Assembly (NCBI GenBank): GCA_015662475.1
Contig: DQUB01000055.1
Span: 1 to 60,713, forward strand
DNA length: 60,713 nt
DNA from: Pyrodictium sp.
GTDB taxonomy: Archaea; Thermoproteota; Thermoprotei_A; Sulfolobales; Pyrodictiaceae
Direction: 5' to 3'
A program made the translations under genes and the position numbers. A model generated the notes under the pieces. That model ran no database searches, was not told the origin of the DNA, and saw nothing but the letters and a program-made list of their open reading frames with translations. Numbering within the stretch: position 1 is the first letter of the stretch; every line of letters starts with the position of its first letter. Positions 1 to 10,789 of this stretch are shown piece after piece.

Positions 1-1
1 A

Positions 2-118
2 ACATACACTGGATTCGACTACTATGATCTTGCACGTATTAACGGTCCAAAGGTTGAGTACGATTACTATAATCTCCAAAATATATGGGTGAGGTGGATG
101 GCCAACTTTATGCTATGA
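2..118 (+). CDS. possible 3' end of a CDS entering from upstream (...TYTGFDYYDLARINGPKVEYDYYNLQNIWVRWMANFML*)
   Basis: Frame is open from the window edge to TGA at 116-118. Composition is aromatic-rich and protein-like, but the stretch is too short to assign a family. Confidence 0.25.
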   Translation, partial: TYTGFDYYDLARINGPKVEYDYYNLQNIWVRWMANFML

Positions 119-296
119 GGGCTGGTTTGGAGCGAGATACTATACAACGCCTATTCTAACAATATGCGCGTCTACGTGTACCAGAATACGCAATTGCAGT
201 CAAACACTGTAAGAAACGAATTATAGTTGCATGGTGTAATAAAATAAGTAAACATGTTGAAGGTCTATTGATGAACCACAGATACTACTATCTAAT

Positions 297-644
297 TTAG
301 GAGATGTTTTGAGGTGAAAACGGCCGCTTACCAAGCCATAGGGATAATAGGAATAATATGAGAGCTAGAGCAGTCAATATTATTGCGAGTATGAGGACTA
401 GTATGAGAGTACGTGTACTTGTAGCTACAGCTATTGGTATTGGGCCTATAACTATGACAGCACCTCCTTCTCCTGATGCTTGCTTGCCACTTAAAAGTGC
501 AACATACAAGGTTCCAAAGAACACTATTAAGATCCCTACAACTATTAGCGCAAGTCCTATGAGCCATATCTTAACCATCAAATTGGTTGGCTCTGCATTA
601 ACACCTTCGAGCGCTAACATATGCATATTTATTTTGCCCCTCAA
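297..644 (-). CDS. small membrane protein, DUF131/TIGR00304-like
   Basis: Two hydrophobic segments flank GGAVIVIGPIPIAVATS, which resembles the GGxIxIGPIPI signature of the archaeal DUF131 family. The true start may be an internal Met. Confidence 0.6.
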   Translation of the reverse strand: MRGKINMHMLALEGVNAEPTNLMVKIWLIGLALIVVGILIVFFGTLYVALLSGKQASGEGGAVIVIGPIPIAVATSTRTLILVLILAIILTALALILFLLSLWLGKRPFSPQNIS

Positions 645-704
645 ATACTTGTGTTTGTGGATGGAGTATAATAACCGATACTCAAAGAGTTAGATTTAGC
701 TTCT

Positions 705-1310
705 ATGGGGCTGTCTGCTGTGCCAACATCAACTGTCACAGTTCCATGGGTACCATCACGGGATGAGGTTATCAAAGCTGTACTATCCATTATTAGGCCT
801 AGCAAGAAGGACATAATTTTCGATATTGGATGTGGTGATGGTAGAGTTGCAACAACTCTTGCTAGCACCTATGGTGTTCAAACAATCTGTATAGAGCTTA
901 GAGAAGATCTTGCACGTAAAGCTCAAAAGCTTGCTCAAGAAAAGGGTGTTGAACACCTTCTCGAAATTGTTATTGGCGACATGTACACATTTTCTCTTTC
1001 AAGGGCAACTATAGTGTATATGTATTTATTGACAAGTGCTAATTACCTACTTAGACCAAAGCTTGACAAAGAGTTGCAGCCTGGCAGCATTGTCATTAGC
1101 CTAGATTTTCCAGTGCCTGGATGGCGTCCTCTAAAAGTAGTTGAATTACCCCAATCCTGGCAACGTACACTCTACGTATATGTTAAAGGATATTCGGAAG
1201 TATCAGCAGATATTCCATCAAGCAAGCTAAGAGAGTTAGTGCATGGACGACTTAGAGAGGAGCTGTTAGAGGGTGTTATGGGTGGTTACATCAAGTTAAG
1301 TTCTCTCTAA
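705..1310 (+). CDS. class I SAM-dependent methyltransferase
   Basis: Motif [10 protein letters not shown] followed by a Rossmann-like alternation of strands and helices. Confidence 0.75.
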   Translation: MGLSAVPTSTVTVPWVPSRDEVIKAVLSIIRPSKKDIIFDIGCGDGRVATTLASTYGVQTICIELREDLARKAQKLAQEKGVEHLLEIVIGDMYTFSLSRATIVYMYLLTSANYLLRPKLDKELQPGSIVISLDFPVPGWRPLKVVELPQSWQRTLYVYVKGYSEVSADIPSSKLRELVHGRLREELLEGVMGGYIKLSSL

Positions 1311-2762
1311 CCGCCATACAGTCTTTCCACCTGGATAATCGTACAATTGTATTCCTAGTCTTCTAAGCTCTGCTCTTATTTCATCTGCAATATCGTATAG
1401 CTTACGCTTTCTTAGCTCACCCCTTACACGTACTATCAAATTCACTAGATCTTCAACCATCTTCTCGTGTTCTAGTTTGACAACACCGTACAGAACGTCA
1501 TCTAGTACGCCAAATACGTAGTTGAAATCTTCAAACACCCTATAGGCTCTTACAGCTGCAACATACATTTCACCAGGCACAATATCTCTGTTTACAATTC
1601 TAACAAGTTCCATTATAGCTGCAAGCGCTTTTGCTGTATTGAAATCGTTGCTCATCGCATTATGGAACTCCATATATGTTTTCTCAACCGTAGTAATCAC
1701 TTTCACTTCTCTATCGGTTAGCTTTGCTGGCGGAGTAACAGACCCTATAATCTTTCTAAGGTCTTCAACAGCCATTCTCAACCTTCTAAGATTTGCTCTT
1801 GCCTGTTCCAGCGCATCTTCGCTATAGTCTAGCTGTGTCCTATAATGGGCGCTCAATAGCCAGAGACGGAGAGTTTCAGCTCCCCATTTCTTTACAGCTT
1901 CTCTTAAAGGTATTATGTTGCCAAGACTTTTACTCATTTTCTCGCCATGTACGGTTAGATACCCTGTATGCAACCAATACTTGACCCAAGGCTTTACACC
2001 AAATAGCGCTTCTGATTGCGCACGTTCATTTTCGTGGTGAGGGAATATCAGGTCTTGGCCACCACCATGTATTTCAAATTGTCTACCAAGATACTTGGAT
2101 GACATAACGCTACACTCTATATGCCAGCCAGGTCTCCCACGACCCCAAGGCGCCTCCCAATACGGTTCTCCAGGTTTCCAAGCCTTCCAAAGCGCAAAAT
2201 CGTATGGTTTCTTCTTCTCTTTCAACACTTCTACTTCCTGTCTCCACTCCTCCGGGTTTTTTAGACCACTTAGACTTCCATAGTCAGGGTACTTGTCAAC
2301 CTCGAAATAGACGCTGCCACTTGGTGCTACGTAGGCATAGCCTTTGTCTATAAGCTCTTGAATAAATTCTATTATTTCGTTTATGTGTTCTGTAACTCTA
2401 GGATGTATATCGACTTTTATCTTGAGCTTCTCAAGCATTTCGAAATAGTCTTTGGTATATATGTCGACAATTTCTCTCCAATCTTTGCCTTCGCTTCGCG
2501 CTCTATTGATTATCTTATCGTCTATGTCTGTTATGTTTTGCACATGTATGACGTTAAAGCCTCTGAGCCTAAAATATCTTTTAATCGCGTCGAAGGCAAC
2601 ATAGGTTCTAGCATGGCCCAAGTGCGTATAATCATACACTGTAGGTCCACAAACGTACATGCGGACAAGTCCAGGCTTAAATGGGGTGAAAGTCTCGAGT
2701 TTGCGGCCCAAAGTGTTAAATACTTTTATGCTCGGTAGCTCTGTCCATGCCAGCGTTTGCAC
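1296..2762 (-). CDS. cysS: cysteinyl-tRNA synthetase
   Basis: Class I HIGH-type motif HLGHARTY and KMSKS motif KMSKSLGN. CysRS-typical [10 protein letters not shown]. Confidence 0.95.
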   Translation of the reverse strand: MQTLAWTELPSIKVFNTLGRKLETFTPFKPGLVRMYVCGPTVYDYTHLGHARTYVAFDAIKRYFRLRGFNVIHVQNITDIDDKIINRARSEGKDWREIVDIYTKDYFEMLEKLKIKVDIHPRVTEHINEIIEFIQELIDKGYAYVAPSGSVYFEVDKYPDYGSLSGLKNPEEWRQEVEVLKEKKKPYDFALWKAWKPGEPYWEAPWGRGRPGWHIECSVMSSKYLGRQFEIHGGGQDLIFPHHENERAQSEALFGVKPWVKYWLHTGYLTVHGEKMSKSLGNIIPLREAVKKWGAETLRLWLLSAHYRTQLDYSEDALEQARANLRRLRMAVEDLRKIIGSVTPPAKLTDREVKVITTVEKTYMEFHNAMSNDFNTAKALAAIMELVRIVNRDIVPGEMYVAAVRAYRVFEDFNYVFGVLDDVLYGVVKLEHEKMVEDLVNLIVRVRGELRKRKLYDIADEIRAELRRLGIQLYDYPGGKTVWRLERT

Positions 2763-2822
2763 TAGCTAAGTCACCAGATATAGGGTAGAAACTTAGCTGT
2801 AGGTATTATAGGGTAGCTTGAA

Positions 2823-3983
2823 GTGGTTAGTGTGCTCTACCGTGTTACAGGGTCTCTACTTGAAAAAGTGTTGAGGGACAAGGAAAAATTACGAGATAAA
2901 GTAGAGTCGATGATAGATAGAAATGCTGTTAAGAGAGCATTGGAAGATGGACATGCGAGAAGACGGCCTAGACCATGTGGTATGACTATACATACAAGCA
3001 TTGGATGTAAGTTTGGCTGCATCTACTGCTATGTCCCTGATATGGGTTTTCCAATGAAACCTCGACCATACCCTTTAACAGGGTTGGAGCTTGTCTATGC
3101 TCTGCTTAACAACCCCTACTTTCTCCCAGGACCTTACGGTACATTACTTGCCTTTGGCTCTGTTACAGAACCATTCATGGAGGAGGCTGTTGAACGCACT
3201 CTTGACTATCTTGAGAAAACTCGAAAGTTTCTTGGAAATCCAACACAAATATCCACTAAAGCTTCTATAGGTGAAGAACTTCTTGACAAACTTTTACGAG
3301 TTATGGATCCCCAAATAAGCTTTCTAGTAACAGTTATAACGATAAAACATGCTAAAAAACTAGAGCCTAATGCACCAAAACCCGACGATCGATTTGAAAC
3401 TATAAGAAGGCTTTCTAAAGCCTCAGTACATGTCACACTTTTCCTAAGACCCATAATACCGGGGTTAACAGACGCTGAAGTCCCAACACTACTTTCTAAG
3501 GCTAAGGAGAGTGGGGCAAAAGGTGTTGTACCAGGTAGCTTGCGTGTTACACCAGGCATACTTCGCAGGCTAAAATTGGCTGGGCTTGATGTTGAAGAGG
3601 TAAAACGTAGACTACCTCGCCAACCCAGAAACCCCAAAGACCAAGTTACAATTAGAGAACATGATCTAAAACGTCTTGTAGACATTTATGCTAAGAAACT
3701 TGGCCTACGCGTATATCCCTCATCTTGTGCAGCAAATATAGAAGCTCATAACCTTGCCTGCTACTCCTGCAACTGGGGACCATGTGGAGATCCTCGTAAA
3801 CTACCTAGTGTGGAGGAAAACGATGTTAAAGATGCTGTCGAAGTTTTTGGGCTAAGACCCACTAAGCTAGTAGTTAAAGGGAATAAGATCGTTGTCCATG
3901 TTAAAGATGGCGACCAAAGAACCAAAGATGTTGTAAGTGTTATCTTGTCAACTGTCACAAAACGAGATGTTGTTGTAAGATAA
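2823..3983 (+). CDS. radical SAM protein (SplB/photolyase-like family)
   Basis: CxxxCxxC cluster motif CKFGCIYCY near the N-terminus. Length is typical for the family. Confidence 0.8.
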   Translation: MVSVLYRVTGSLLEKVLRDKEKLRDKVESMIDRNAVKRALEDGHARRRPRPCGMTIHTSIGCKFGCIYCYVPDMGFPMKPRPYPLTGLELVYALLNNPYFLPGPYGTLLAFGSVTEPFMEEAVERTLDYLEKTRKFLGNPTQISTKASIGEELLDKLLRVMDPQISFLVTVITIKHAKKLEPNAPKPDDRFETIRRLSKASVHVTLFLRPIIPGLTDAEVPTLLSKAKESGAKGVVPGSLRVTPGILRRLKLAGLDVEEVKRRLPRQPRNPKDQVTIREHDLKRLVDIYAKKLGLRVYPSSCAANIEAHNLACYSCNWGPCGDPRKLPSVEENDVKDAVEVFGLRPTKLVVKGNKIVVHVKDGDQRTKDVVSVILSTVTKRDVVVR

Positions 3984-4083
3984 AAACCATTTTATGTCAA
4001 ACAACACAAATACTCTTCGCCAAAGCTTGGATCTGAGGTAGGATGTGGTGTTGATCCTCCCCCGGTCCGTGAATACATCATCG

Positions 4084-4530
4084 CTATTGCTTAGTCAGCT
4101 TCTGAGCCCCGGTCATCGGCAAATTCTTAGGTTTTAGATTAGAGCGTTTTATAGGTAGCTTTAGATGTTCAGCTACTCGTTCAACGATCCAAGCATATGT
4201 AGCGTCACCCTTACTATATCTCAGCTTTAGCTTACGATAAACTGCACGGTATACCATTCGCCCATCAGAGTCGTAGACTTCTATCCAGCCTTTTACGTGA
4301 CCTCTAAGGTTTCTTACTAGACGTACTTGGACAGCATATTCTCCTTCAGAGAGGTTCACGTATAGTGTCTCAGCAGAACCTCTACTATATGTTGGTTTTG
4401 CAGGTTCACGTCTACTTGGTTTGGGAGTTCTAACATTACCTTTAGAGTCGACTATTAGTGCAATATATCTTACTGCATGCTTACCTCTTCTACTCTTACT
4501 CTTTTCTTCACGAAGTATGACTGTTGTCAT
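4084..4530 (-). CDS. hypothetical basic protein, last gene of a tightly coupled three-gene operon
   Basis: 148-aa ORF whose start overlaps the upstream stop by 4 nt. Lys/Arg-rich N-terminus. No family recognised. Confidence 0.5.
   Translation of the reverse strand: MTTVILREEKSKSRRGKHAVRYIALIVDSKGNVRTPKPSRREPAKPTYSRGSAETLYVNLSEGEYAVQVRLVRNLRGHVKGWIEVYDSDGRMVYRAVYRKLKLRYSKGDATYAWIVERVAEHLKLPIKRSNLKPKNLPMTGAQKLTKQ
4095..4120 (-). repeat. copy 1 of recurring box motif (minus strand: GCCGATGA-N14-AGCTGA)
   Basis: Plus strand reads TCAGCT-12nt-TCATCGGC. It lies inside the last codons of the 148-aa ORF. See copies at 10817-10843 and 45033-45059. Confidence 0.4.
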
Positions 4531-4781
4531 AGTAGCACCTTTGCTTCTACGCCATCACCACAATTAAGCTTTCCAGTCTTCTCTGGGAAGACTATCGTAG
4601 TGAAACGATAGTCCATTCCTGCAGGCATACGCAATTTATAAGGTTCATTTGCTGTTACAACTACATTTTTGACATTTTCACAAACATATTCACTTTCCAG
4701 TTTCGAGTTAACATAGTTTTTCAACACGACTTTGAAACTATCACCTTTTCGAATTATATGCAAGATTGCTAGTTTTCCCAC
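4527..4781 (-). CDS. hypothetical small protein, probably beta-rich
   Basis: 84-aa ORF starting 1 nt after the upstream gene's stop and overlapping the downstream gene by 4 nt. Confidence 0.5.
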   Translation of the reverse strand: MGKLAILHIIRKGDSFKVVLKNYVNSKLESEYVCENVKNVVVTANEPYKLRMPAGMDYRFTTIVFPEKTGKLNCGDGVEAKVLL

Positions 4782-4782
4782 A

Positions 4783-5127
4783 CTACATCTCCCAAGCTTT
4801 CATCTCTACTAGGAGTTTTTCAACCTCGTTACCCAGCTCTACAAGCAGTGCAGCTATGTAAGGATCGCCTAATTCGCTCAAAAGTTTTCGCACTTCAACC
4901 AGCATCAACTTTGTTTCGGCTAGAAGAGGGCGGATGTTGAGGCCCACAAGGGCTATTGTTTCAAGTCTAAGCTTTATACGTTCCAACGCCAATTCGATAT
5001 TCTTGAGGTTTTCACAACCTTCAACTTTTGCAGATCCACACTTTCTTTCAAGTCTTCTAATACGTGCTAATGCTGCACTCAAACTTGCCAACATTTTCGC
5101 TAAGCTACTACGATTAATTGTGGTCAC
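4783..5127 (-). CDS. hypothetical all-helical protein, first gene of the three-gene operon
   Basis: 114-aa ORF with Leu/Glu/Arg-rich heptad-like helices. No family recognised. Confidence 0.5.
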   Translation of the reverse strand: MTTINRSSLAKMLASLSAALARIRRLERKCGSAKVEGCENLKNIELALERIKLRLETIALVGLNIRPLLAETKLMLVEVRKLLSELGDPYIAALLVELGNEVEKLLVEMKAWEM

Positions 5128-5162
5128 TATAACCCCTTAATCTTCTACCCTATCTTCCTCTC

Positions 5163-5429
5163 TTAAGCTTTGGAGCCTTTTCTAATCCTATAAAATCTGA
5201 TTAGGTTTATTGCTGAAAAAGTGAATGCTAAGGAATTGAGAATGGTAAATACAACATCTCGTATCATGATGGCATATATTGTTAGTAGTATGCTACCCGC
5301 AGCATATAATCCGCTCAGGCTTGGAGGTGGTGGTGTACTTCGAAGTGCTAATATCCAACCTAGCACTATTAAGGTCATCCCTGCAACTCCTATGAGTTCG
5401 AAAGCCATACTCGTATACCTCCTTATCAC
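5163..5429 (-). CDS. small integral membrane protein
   Basis: 88 aa with 2-3 hydrophobic spans and a basic C-terminus (RFYRIRKGSKA). Confidence 0.5.
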   Translation of the reverse strand: MIRRYTSMAFELIGVAGMTLIVLGWILALRSTPPPPSLSGLYAAGSILLTIYAIMIRDVVFTILNSLAFTFSAINLIRFYRIRKGSKA

Positions 5430-5483
5430 TACTTGGCGGAAGAAAAGCCATAAAAAATAGAGTTATGATGATGCAGATAGAGG

Positions 5484-5846
5484 GTGTGCTCATTGAGTCT
5501 CGCACGCATAGTGTTTCTAAAGAAGAAGTTGGAGAAGAAATATGGTGCTATCGGCAAGGTTGCTGGTAGATATGTTGAAGCAGGTTACACAGTTAATATT
5601 GGCTTCCAAACAGCTAAAGGGAGTATAGATATTGTTGCAAAGAAAGAAGGTCAGATACTTGCTATAGATGTTATTACGGAATCTGTAAAGGTTGGTACAG
5701 ATGTTATTGAGAAGCTTAAGGAGAAAGCTGCTAGCATAAATGCAAAACCTGTACTAGTCCTCTATGGTTCTGGACCACAACTTCAAAAAGAAGCTCTTAA
5801 GAGAGCAGAAGAGCTCGGTGTAGAGATTAGAAGAGTTAGAAGTTAA
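5484..5846 (+). CDS. small restriction-endonuclease-fold (Mrr-cat/Hjc-like) protein
   Basis: [24 protein letters not shown] resembles a PD-(D/E)xK core. The C-terminal [27 protein letters not shown] resembles the tail of the Mrr catalytic domain. Assignment by eye only. Confidence 0.45.
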   Translation: MCSLSLARIVFLKKKLEKKYGAIGKVAGRYVEAGYTVNIGFQTAKGSIDIVAKKEGQILAIDVITESVKVGTDVIEKLKEKAASINAKPVLVLYGSGPQLQKEALKRAEELGVEIRRVRS

Positions 5847-6796
5847 GGGATTTTAGGCTGTAATAGCCATAGAAGCACCGCTTTTTGTGCATGCAATCTG
5901 TTTTCAGCTTGTAGCCATACAATGCTTTGTGGACCCTCAATTACTTCATCGGTAACCTCTTCTCCTCTACGAGCTGGCAAGCAGTGCATAAATACTACAT
6001 CATGTTTAGCTCTAGCTAGCAAATCTTTTGTCACTGTATAGCCTTGAAGTAATTGACGTTTTTTCTCCGCTATCTCTTCTTCACCCATACTCACCCAAAC
6101 ATCTGTGTACACGACATCAGCCTCTTCAACAGCTTTTTGGGGGTCATCTACAACCTCTATTCTAGCACCACTAGCATTTGCAAACTCATATGCTTTGTCA
6201 AGTACATCTTTGTCTGGAGATAGCTGAGGTGGTGATGCTACAACCATGTTTATTCCAAGCATAGCTGCTGCTATAATTAGACTATGAGCAACATTACTTC
6301 TACCATCGCCTACGAAAACCAGTTTTAAACCTTTGAGCCTGCCTTTAACCTCTAAAATTGTTAGCATATCAGCTATTGCTTGTAGAGGATGCTCTTTATC
6401 ACTAAGCATATTGACTACTGGTACACTCGAATACCGTGCAAGCTCGAGAAGGTTTTCATGGCGATACACTCTAGCTGCTATTAGGTCAACGTATCTTGAA
6501 AGTACTCTAGCTGTATCCTTTATAGGCTCACCACGACCCAACTGTGTTTCCGACCAAGTTAGAACTATCGGGTACATACCAAGCTGGACTGCTGCAAGCT
6601 CCATGCTAACTCTTGTTCTCGTGCTCGGCTTTTCAAATAGGAGAGCTATAGTGTAGCCTTTCAAAACATTGAGTACACGTTCACCACTATAATAACGTCT
6701 TTTGAGATACTGGGCAAGCTCTATTATGCGGTTAAGATCCCATGGTGTTAGATCAGCTATGGAGAGAAGATGCCTTGGCGTTTTAATCACCTTCAA
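5843..6796 (-). CDS. argF: ornithine carbamoyltransferase
   Basis: [26 protein letters not shown] and HCLPA motifs, in the order typical of OTCase. TTG start. Confidence 0.9.
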   Translation of the reverse strand: MKVIKTPRHLLSIADLTPWDLNRIIELAQYLKRRYYSGERVLNVLKGYTIALLFEKPSTRTRVSMELAAVQLGMYPIVLTWSETQLGRGEPIKDTARVLSRYVDLIAARVYRHENLLELARYSSVPVVNMLSDKEHPLQAIADMLTILEVKGRLKGLKLVFVGDGRSNVAHSLIIAAAMLGINMVVASPPQLSPDKDVLDKAYEFANASGARIEVVDDPQKAVEEADVVYTDVWVSMGEEEIAEKKRQLLQGYTVTKDLLARAKHDVVFMHCLPARRGEEVTDEVIEGPQSIVWLQAENRLHAQKAVLLWLLQPKIP

Positions 6797-6826
6797 TATT
6801 GTGCTTGTGTGGGGGTATATTAGAGC

Positions 6827-6879
6827 TCAGTTCATGGGAGTTTCAACATCCTTTTTCAGCGACCGCTCCTCTACATCAT
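6827..6879 (-). ncRNA. candidate box C/D sRNA
   Basis: Minus strand reads ATGATGT-13nt-CTGA-aaaagg-ATGTTGA-12nt-CTGA. Both the C and C' boxes carry one mismatch. It lies in the 116-nt gap between two minus-strand genes. Confidence 0.4.
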
Positions 6880-6912
6880 TGCCAATAGATTATTTTTGTG
6901 GAACAGGTTTAT

Positions 6913-7191
6913 TTACGATAGGTCTATTAGGAGAGCACCACATTTCATCTCGACAAGCTTTTCAACAACCTCTATAATATCTTGAGCATGTTCACACGTT
7001 AAGTGTATCCCTATTTGCATGTAAGGAAGACGTTGTTCCACCGATACTTTCCTTTCAATAGCGAGTTTAATCAGGCAGCTTTTTAGCGAAAATACAGCCC
7101 AGGCGGTACTTACAACACTTTTCTGCGATATTTGAGCAAGCTTTTCAGATACTTCTCGAAAACATTGTATCAGTTCTTCTGGTGTACGCAC
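6913..7191 (-). CDS. hypothetical protein
   Basis: 92-aa ORF with protein-like composition, co-directional with argF. Confidence 0.45.
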   Translation of the reverse strand: MRTPEELIQCFREVSEKLAQISQKSVVSTAWAVFSLKSCLIKLAIERKVSVEQRLPYMQIGIHLTCEHAQDIIEVVEKLVEMKCGALLIDLS

Positions 7192-7290
7192 TCTAATACC
7201 CGCTTTTAAAGTGAAACATGCTATCTTCTCCAGCCAACATCACCCTTTTAGCCACAGTATGCCACCTCTCACATTTAGTGGTAGTAGATT

Positions 7291-8103
7291 TTGAACGTAA
7301 AACGATCATTTGTAATACCATTTTACAAGTGTTTGCTTGGTTTAGCTGAGCCAAAACCATGTGCTAGTATTGACGTACACCGCATACTAACGTCCATCGT
7401 AGCAGCTGCAGTCTATGTTGATGATGCTTACAAAATAGGCTACAGTTATGGTTTGGAGGGAACTTTGAAAGGTTACGGTGACTTGATTTTAGAAGCTGCA
7501 AGATCTATAGCTGTTGAAGGTGGCGACATATCGACACTTGTAGGCCTAATAACCTACACTGCAGCATATGGTTTTGCAAAAGCACGTGGTAGAGAAAGCT
7601 TAGAACACGTATTAGATGGTGCAAAGAGGATAGTATCAGCAACCTCTTACACTGATGCAGTGAAACTTTTAGAAGCACTAAAAGTGTTAGGCTACAACGA
7701 AGTACTGTATCTGCTTGAAGAGAAGGGCATCACAAAACATAGAATCGAAGCAGAGTATATGAATGTTGAAGACTTGTTGAGAGAGGCAAGTGGCACAGAA
7801 CTTGCATTCATGAATCCACATACACTTGCGCAGGTTATACGTTTGGCTAAAGAATGTGTTGAGAAGTATAGAGTTAGAAGGCCAGTATGCATATGGCATT
7901 ACATATTACATGCTAACGTTGAAAGTGAACTTAAAGAAAAAGTATGGGATGCATTCCGCATACTTGTAGCTCATAACTGCAATGTTAAAAGAGCGCTAGC
8001 CTACATCTCGGAAGAGTTACGCGAATGCCAACGCCTCAACAAGAACTACACACTACTTGCTAAAGCATTTCTCGTAGCACTCTATGTTATCGAGCTATTC
8101 TAG
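7291..8103 (+). CDS. hypothetical protein
   Basis: 270-aa ORF, TTG start. No motif recognised. Confidence 0.6.
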   Translation: MNVKRSFVIPFYKCLLGLAEPKPCASIDVHRILTSIVAAAVYVDDAYKIGYSYGLEGTLKGYGDLILEAARSIAVEGGDISTLVGLITYTAAYGFAKARGRESLEHVLDGAKRIVSATSYTDAVKLLEALKVLGYNEVLYLLEEKGITKHRIEAEYMNVEDLLREASGTELAFMNPHTLAQVIRLAKECVEKYRVRRPVCIWHYILHANVESELKEKVWDAFRILVAHNCNVKRALAYISEELRECQRLNKNYTLLAKAFLVALYVIELF

Positions 8104-8826
8104 TCTCCCGCTCCACTTAAAACGCATATACTGGTATTTTATGATGCGACGTTTTTCGCCAACATCTTTACACTGCAATGAAGCAACTAATATTCCTACA
8201 AGCATACAGGCGAAAGCGTGTAATGGTGCTAGTACGTGATAAGGATTCCACAACAACTCCATTAACCATACACTTGTATTTCTAAGCTTCACCTCGTCCA
8301 TGTAGAAACCTAGAACTAGCTTTGCAATATAGTTTGCAAGCCATATAAAAGCGACGTGTATTGTTGAGAGAGGCACATTTTTAACCCCATTCCTTGTCAC
8401 CAAGAGTTTCTCCCTCGACATACGTGGAAAGAGCATAAAGACTGCTGTAAGAGTTGATACCGCAAGTGCTTGTTCACCACCTTGTAGTATGCCAGTAAAC
8501 CATAATCTGTACACATCATCAATGCCTTTCACGTTCAACCTTAAAACCAGACTACACATGTGTATCGATTGTACCGCTAAATAGTCTAGTAAAGGTAGGA
8601 AAACAAGCACTATACTACGCACAACATATTCTAGCTGTATAGTTGCCCAAATGAGTGCAAATGAGTCTATAACAAAGCCTATAACATCTTTTGCTGAATA
8701 AAAATTTACGAGGTTTAGAATAGGTGAGTCCAACGTTCGACACATATTTGCTGAGTCTATCACAGCAACTAAAGTTGAAAATATTACAAGTATTAGGTAG
8801 AAGGCTGTAATCATCATGGCCGCCAA
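8095..8826 (-). CDS. polytopic membrane protein, unknown function
   Basis: 243 aa with about 6 hydrophobic spans. Confidence 0.6.
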   Translation of the reverse strand: MAAMMITAFYLILVIFSTLVAVIDSANMCRTLDSPILNLVNFYSAKDVIGFVIDSFALIWATIQLEYVVRSIVLVFLPLLDYLAVQSIHMCSLVLRLNVKGIDDVYRLWFTGILQGGEQALAVSTLTAVFMLFPRMSREKLLVTRNGVKNVPLSTIHVAFIWLANYIAKLVLGFYMDEVKLRNTSVWLMELLWNPYHVLAPLHAFACMLVGILVASLQCKDVGEKRRIIKYQYMRFKWSGRLE

Positions 8827-8909
8827 TAACCACGTTTAGAATCTGGATGCTGCAATAAAATATCTAGTCTTTGTCTAATTTTTAGACTTTGTACTGGTAG
8901 ATTTACGAC

Positions 8910-9827
8910 TTGAAGAAGGTTATGACTTCGAGCCTGAGTGGAATTGGTCTGCTATCAGCGTTAGCCGCACTGATTAAGGTTAAACAGACAATGTTACTGC
9001 TTACATCATCTTATGTGTCATTCCTGTTGGGAGGAGGGTACACTGCACCCTTTTACAAGCATATTCTACTGCTAGTGTTTGGGTTTTTGGCAATAGCTTC
9101 TACAACTGCTATCAACATGTATTTTGATAGAGATATTGATAGTGTAATGGAAAGAACTAGACATAGACCTTTGGTTACAGGAGTTTTCAGGCCAAAGTCA
9201 ACACTCGTTTTTGCTCTAACAACTCTCACTTTAACAACTATTCTTTCAGCTGTTTATATCAACATTCTTTTTGCAACAGCTATAGTGGTGGGCTTCTTCT
9301 TCGATATAATCGCATACACTATACTGTTGAAGCGACGAACTCCCTTTAGCATAATAGCTGGTGCTATTGCCGGTGGTATGCCAAGCTTGGGTGGATGGGC
9401 TGCTGCAACAAACCGTATAGATGCTGCTGGTCTTGCACTCTCAATGCTTGTTGTAGCATGGGTACCCTCCCACATCTGGTTTCTAGCATATTACCGTCGA
9501 AACGACTATGCAAGAGCCAATGTACCTATGCTACCAGTTGTATCAGATCCTACGCTTGTAGGTTTAGGCATAGCATTAGCATCGGTATTCCAAGCATATA
9601 GCATCTTGATACTTGCCTCAGAACATGTTATAGGCTTAATTACAACGTTTTACGGTCTACTCTCTTCTACACACCTGTTCATACTCAGTATGAAAGTTGC
9701 TGAAGAGAGGAACAATACAAGAGCGTTAAAAGCTTTCAAATATGCCAACCTACATCTGAGCATGACTTACGTTTTAATGCTTCTCGAAAAACTTGTAACC
9801 CTTGTATACGCATTCTCCGAGAACTAA
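8910..9827 (+). CDS. ctaB: protoheme IX farnesyltransferase (heme O synthase), UbiA family
   Basis: UbiA-type NMYFDRDIDSVMERTRHRPL motif and about 8-9 TM segments. Confidence 0.85.
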   Translation: MKKVMTSSLSGIGLLSALAALIKVKQTMLLLTSSYVSFLLGGGYTAPFYKHILLLVFGFLAIASTTAINMYFDRDIDSVMERTRHRPLVTGVFRPKSTLVFALTTLTLTTILSAVYINILFATAIVVGFFFDIIAYTILLKRRTPFSIIAGAIAGGMPSLGGWAAATNRIDAAGLALSMLVVAWVPSHIWFLAYYRRNDYARANVPMLPVVSDPTLVGLGIALASVFQAYSILILASEHVIGLITTFYGLLSSTHLFILSMKVAEERNNTRALKAFKYANLHLSMTYVLMLLEKLVTLVYAFSEN

Positions 9828-9908
9828 ATATGCCACTCCCATCTACACTCGTTAGATTGAAGAGTTGCTGTAGTTGCGCTAGAAGGCGCTAAAGCAAGCT
9901 AGCTGTGG

Positions 9909-10157
9909 GTGTGGAGGCGAGGTAGGATGGCCGCTATCGAGATGGCATGTCCTCGCTGTAGAACTAGGTTAGAGTTTAGAATAGAGATAGAACTTGGCAA
10001 TGGAGATATGAGGCGGATAATATACTACTACAAGTGTCCGAGATGCTTGTATAGACTTACCGATGCAACAATAGTTGTTAGGAAAAACAATAGTAATAAG
10101 GGACTTGTTTTGGAACTTATAGAGGCTGTAGGAAGTAGAAGGGTTGTTAGAGAGTGA
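9909..10157 (+). CDS. small zinc-ribbon protein
   Basis: CPRC...CPRC pair. GTG start. Overlaps the next gene by 14 nt. Confidence 0.55.
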   Translation: MWRRGRMAAIEMACPRCRTRLEFRIEIELGNGDMRRIIYYYKCPRCLYRLTDATIVVRKNNSNKGLVLELIEAVGSRRVVRE

Positions 10158-10785
10158 GAAATCATTGCAAAACCCATTACATAATCTCATCTTTTTCTTC
10201 AAAGAGCTTAGACGACTTGCAAGAATAAGCGATGCGCATAGCATAGCTCGTAGACTTTTTGTCACTAATAGTTTTGACGGACTCATATCAACACTTGGTA
10301 TAATTCTTGGCGGATACCTTGGCAACGTAGAAGATCCTGCAACATATATTTACACTGTTGCTGGCGGTATGCTTGCACTTGGAATTTTTAGCGGCATGAT
10401 AGCAACATATCTTTCCGAGAGAGCTGAACGGTTAAGAGAGCTTCATGAAACTGAGAGAGTTATGCTGCACAAACTGGATGACAGCATATATGCAAAGGTT
10501 GCACGCTATGTACCAGTATATGTGGCTTTCTGGAGTGGGATAGGTGCACTCCTACTACCCCTACTAACACTAATACCATTTGCAGTAGCGTTGTATCTTG
10601 GAACAGATTTTCCACTGGAAATAACTATTGCAGCTTCAACTTCAATAGCACTAGTGGAACTATTCCTCATAGGCTGCTACTTGGGGAAAATAAGTGGTGA
10701 AAGTAAGCTATTGAACGGACTTAAATTTGTCGGAATAGGATTAACCGCCGTCATAACATTACTAGCCTTAAAGGTTGTTTTTTAA
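10144..10785 (+). CDS. VIT1/CCC1-family membrane protein (putative Fe/Mn transporter)
   Basis: DGLISTLGIILG motif, central helical linker and C-terminal TM bundle. Confidence 0.8.
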   Translation: MLESEKSLQNPLHNLIFFFKELRRLARISDAHSIARRLFVTNSFDGLISTLGIILGGYLGNVEDPATYIYTVAGGMLALGIFSGMIATYLSERAERLRELHETERVMLHKLDDSIYAKVARYVPVYVAFWSGIGALLLPLLTLIPFAVALYLGTDFPLEITIAASTSIALVELFLIGCYLGKISGESKLLNGLKFVGIGLTAVITLLALKVVF

Positions 10786-10789
10786 GGCC

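Noticed and set aside
6702-6977. 91-aa plus-strand ORF bridging the argF start and the next gene's end.
   Set aside because: It overlaps two better-supported minus-strand genes and the intergenic sRNA candidate. It has no start signal or motif.
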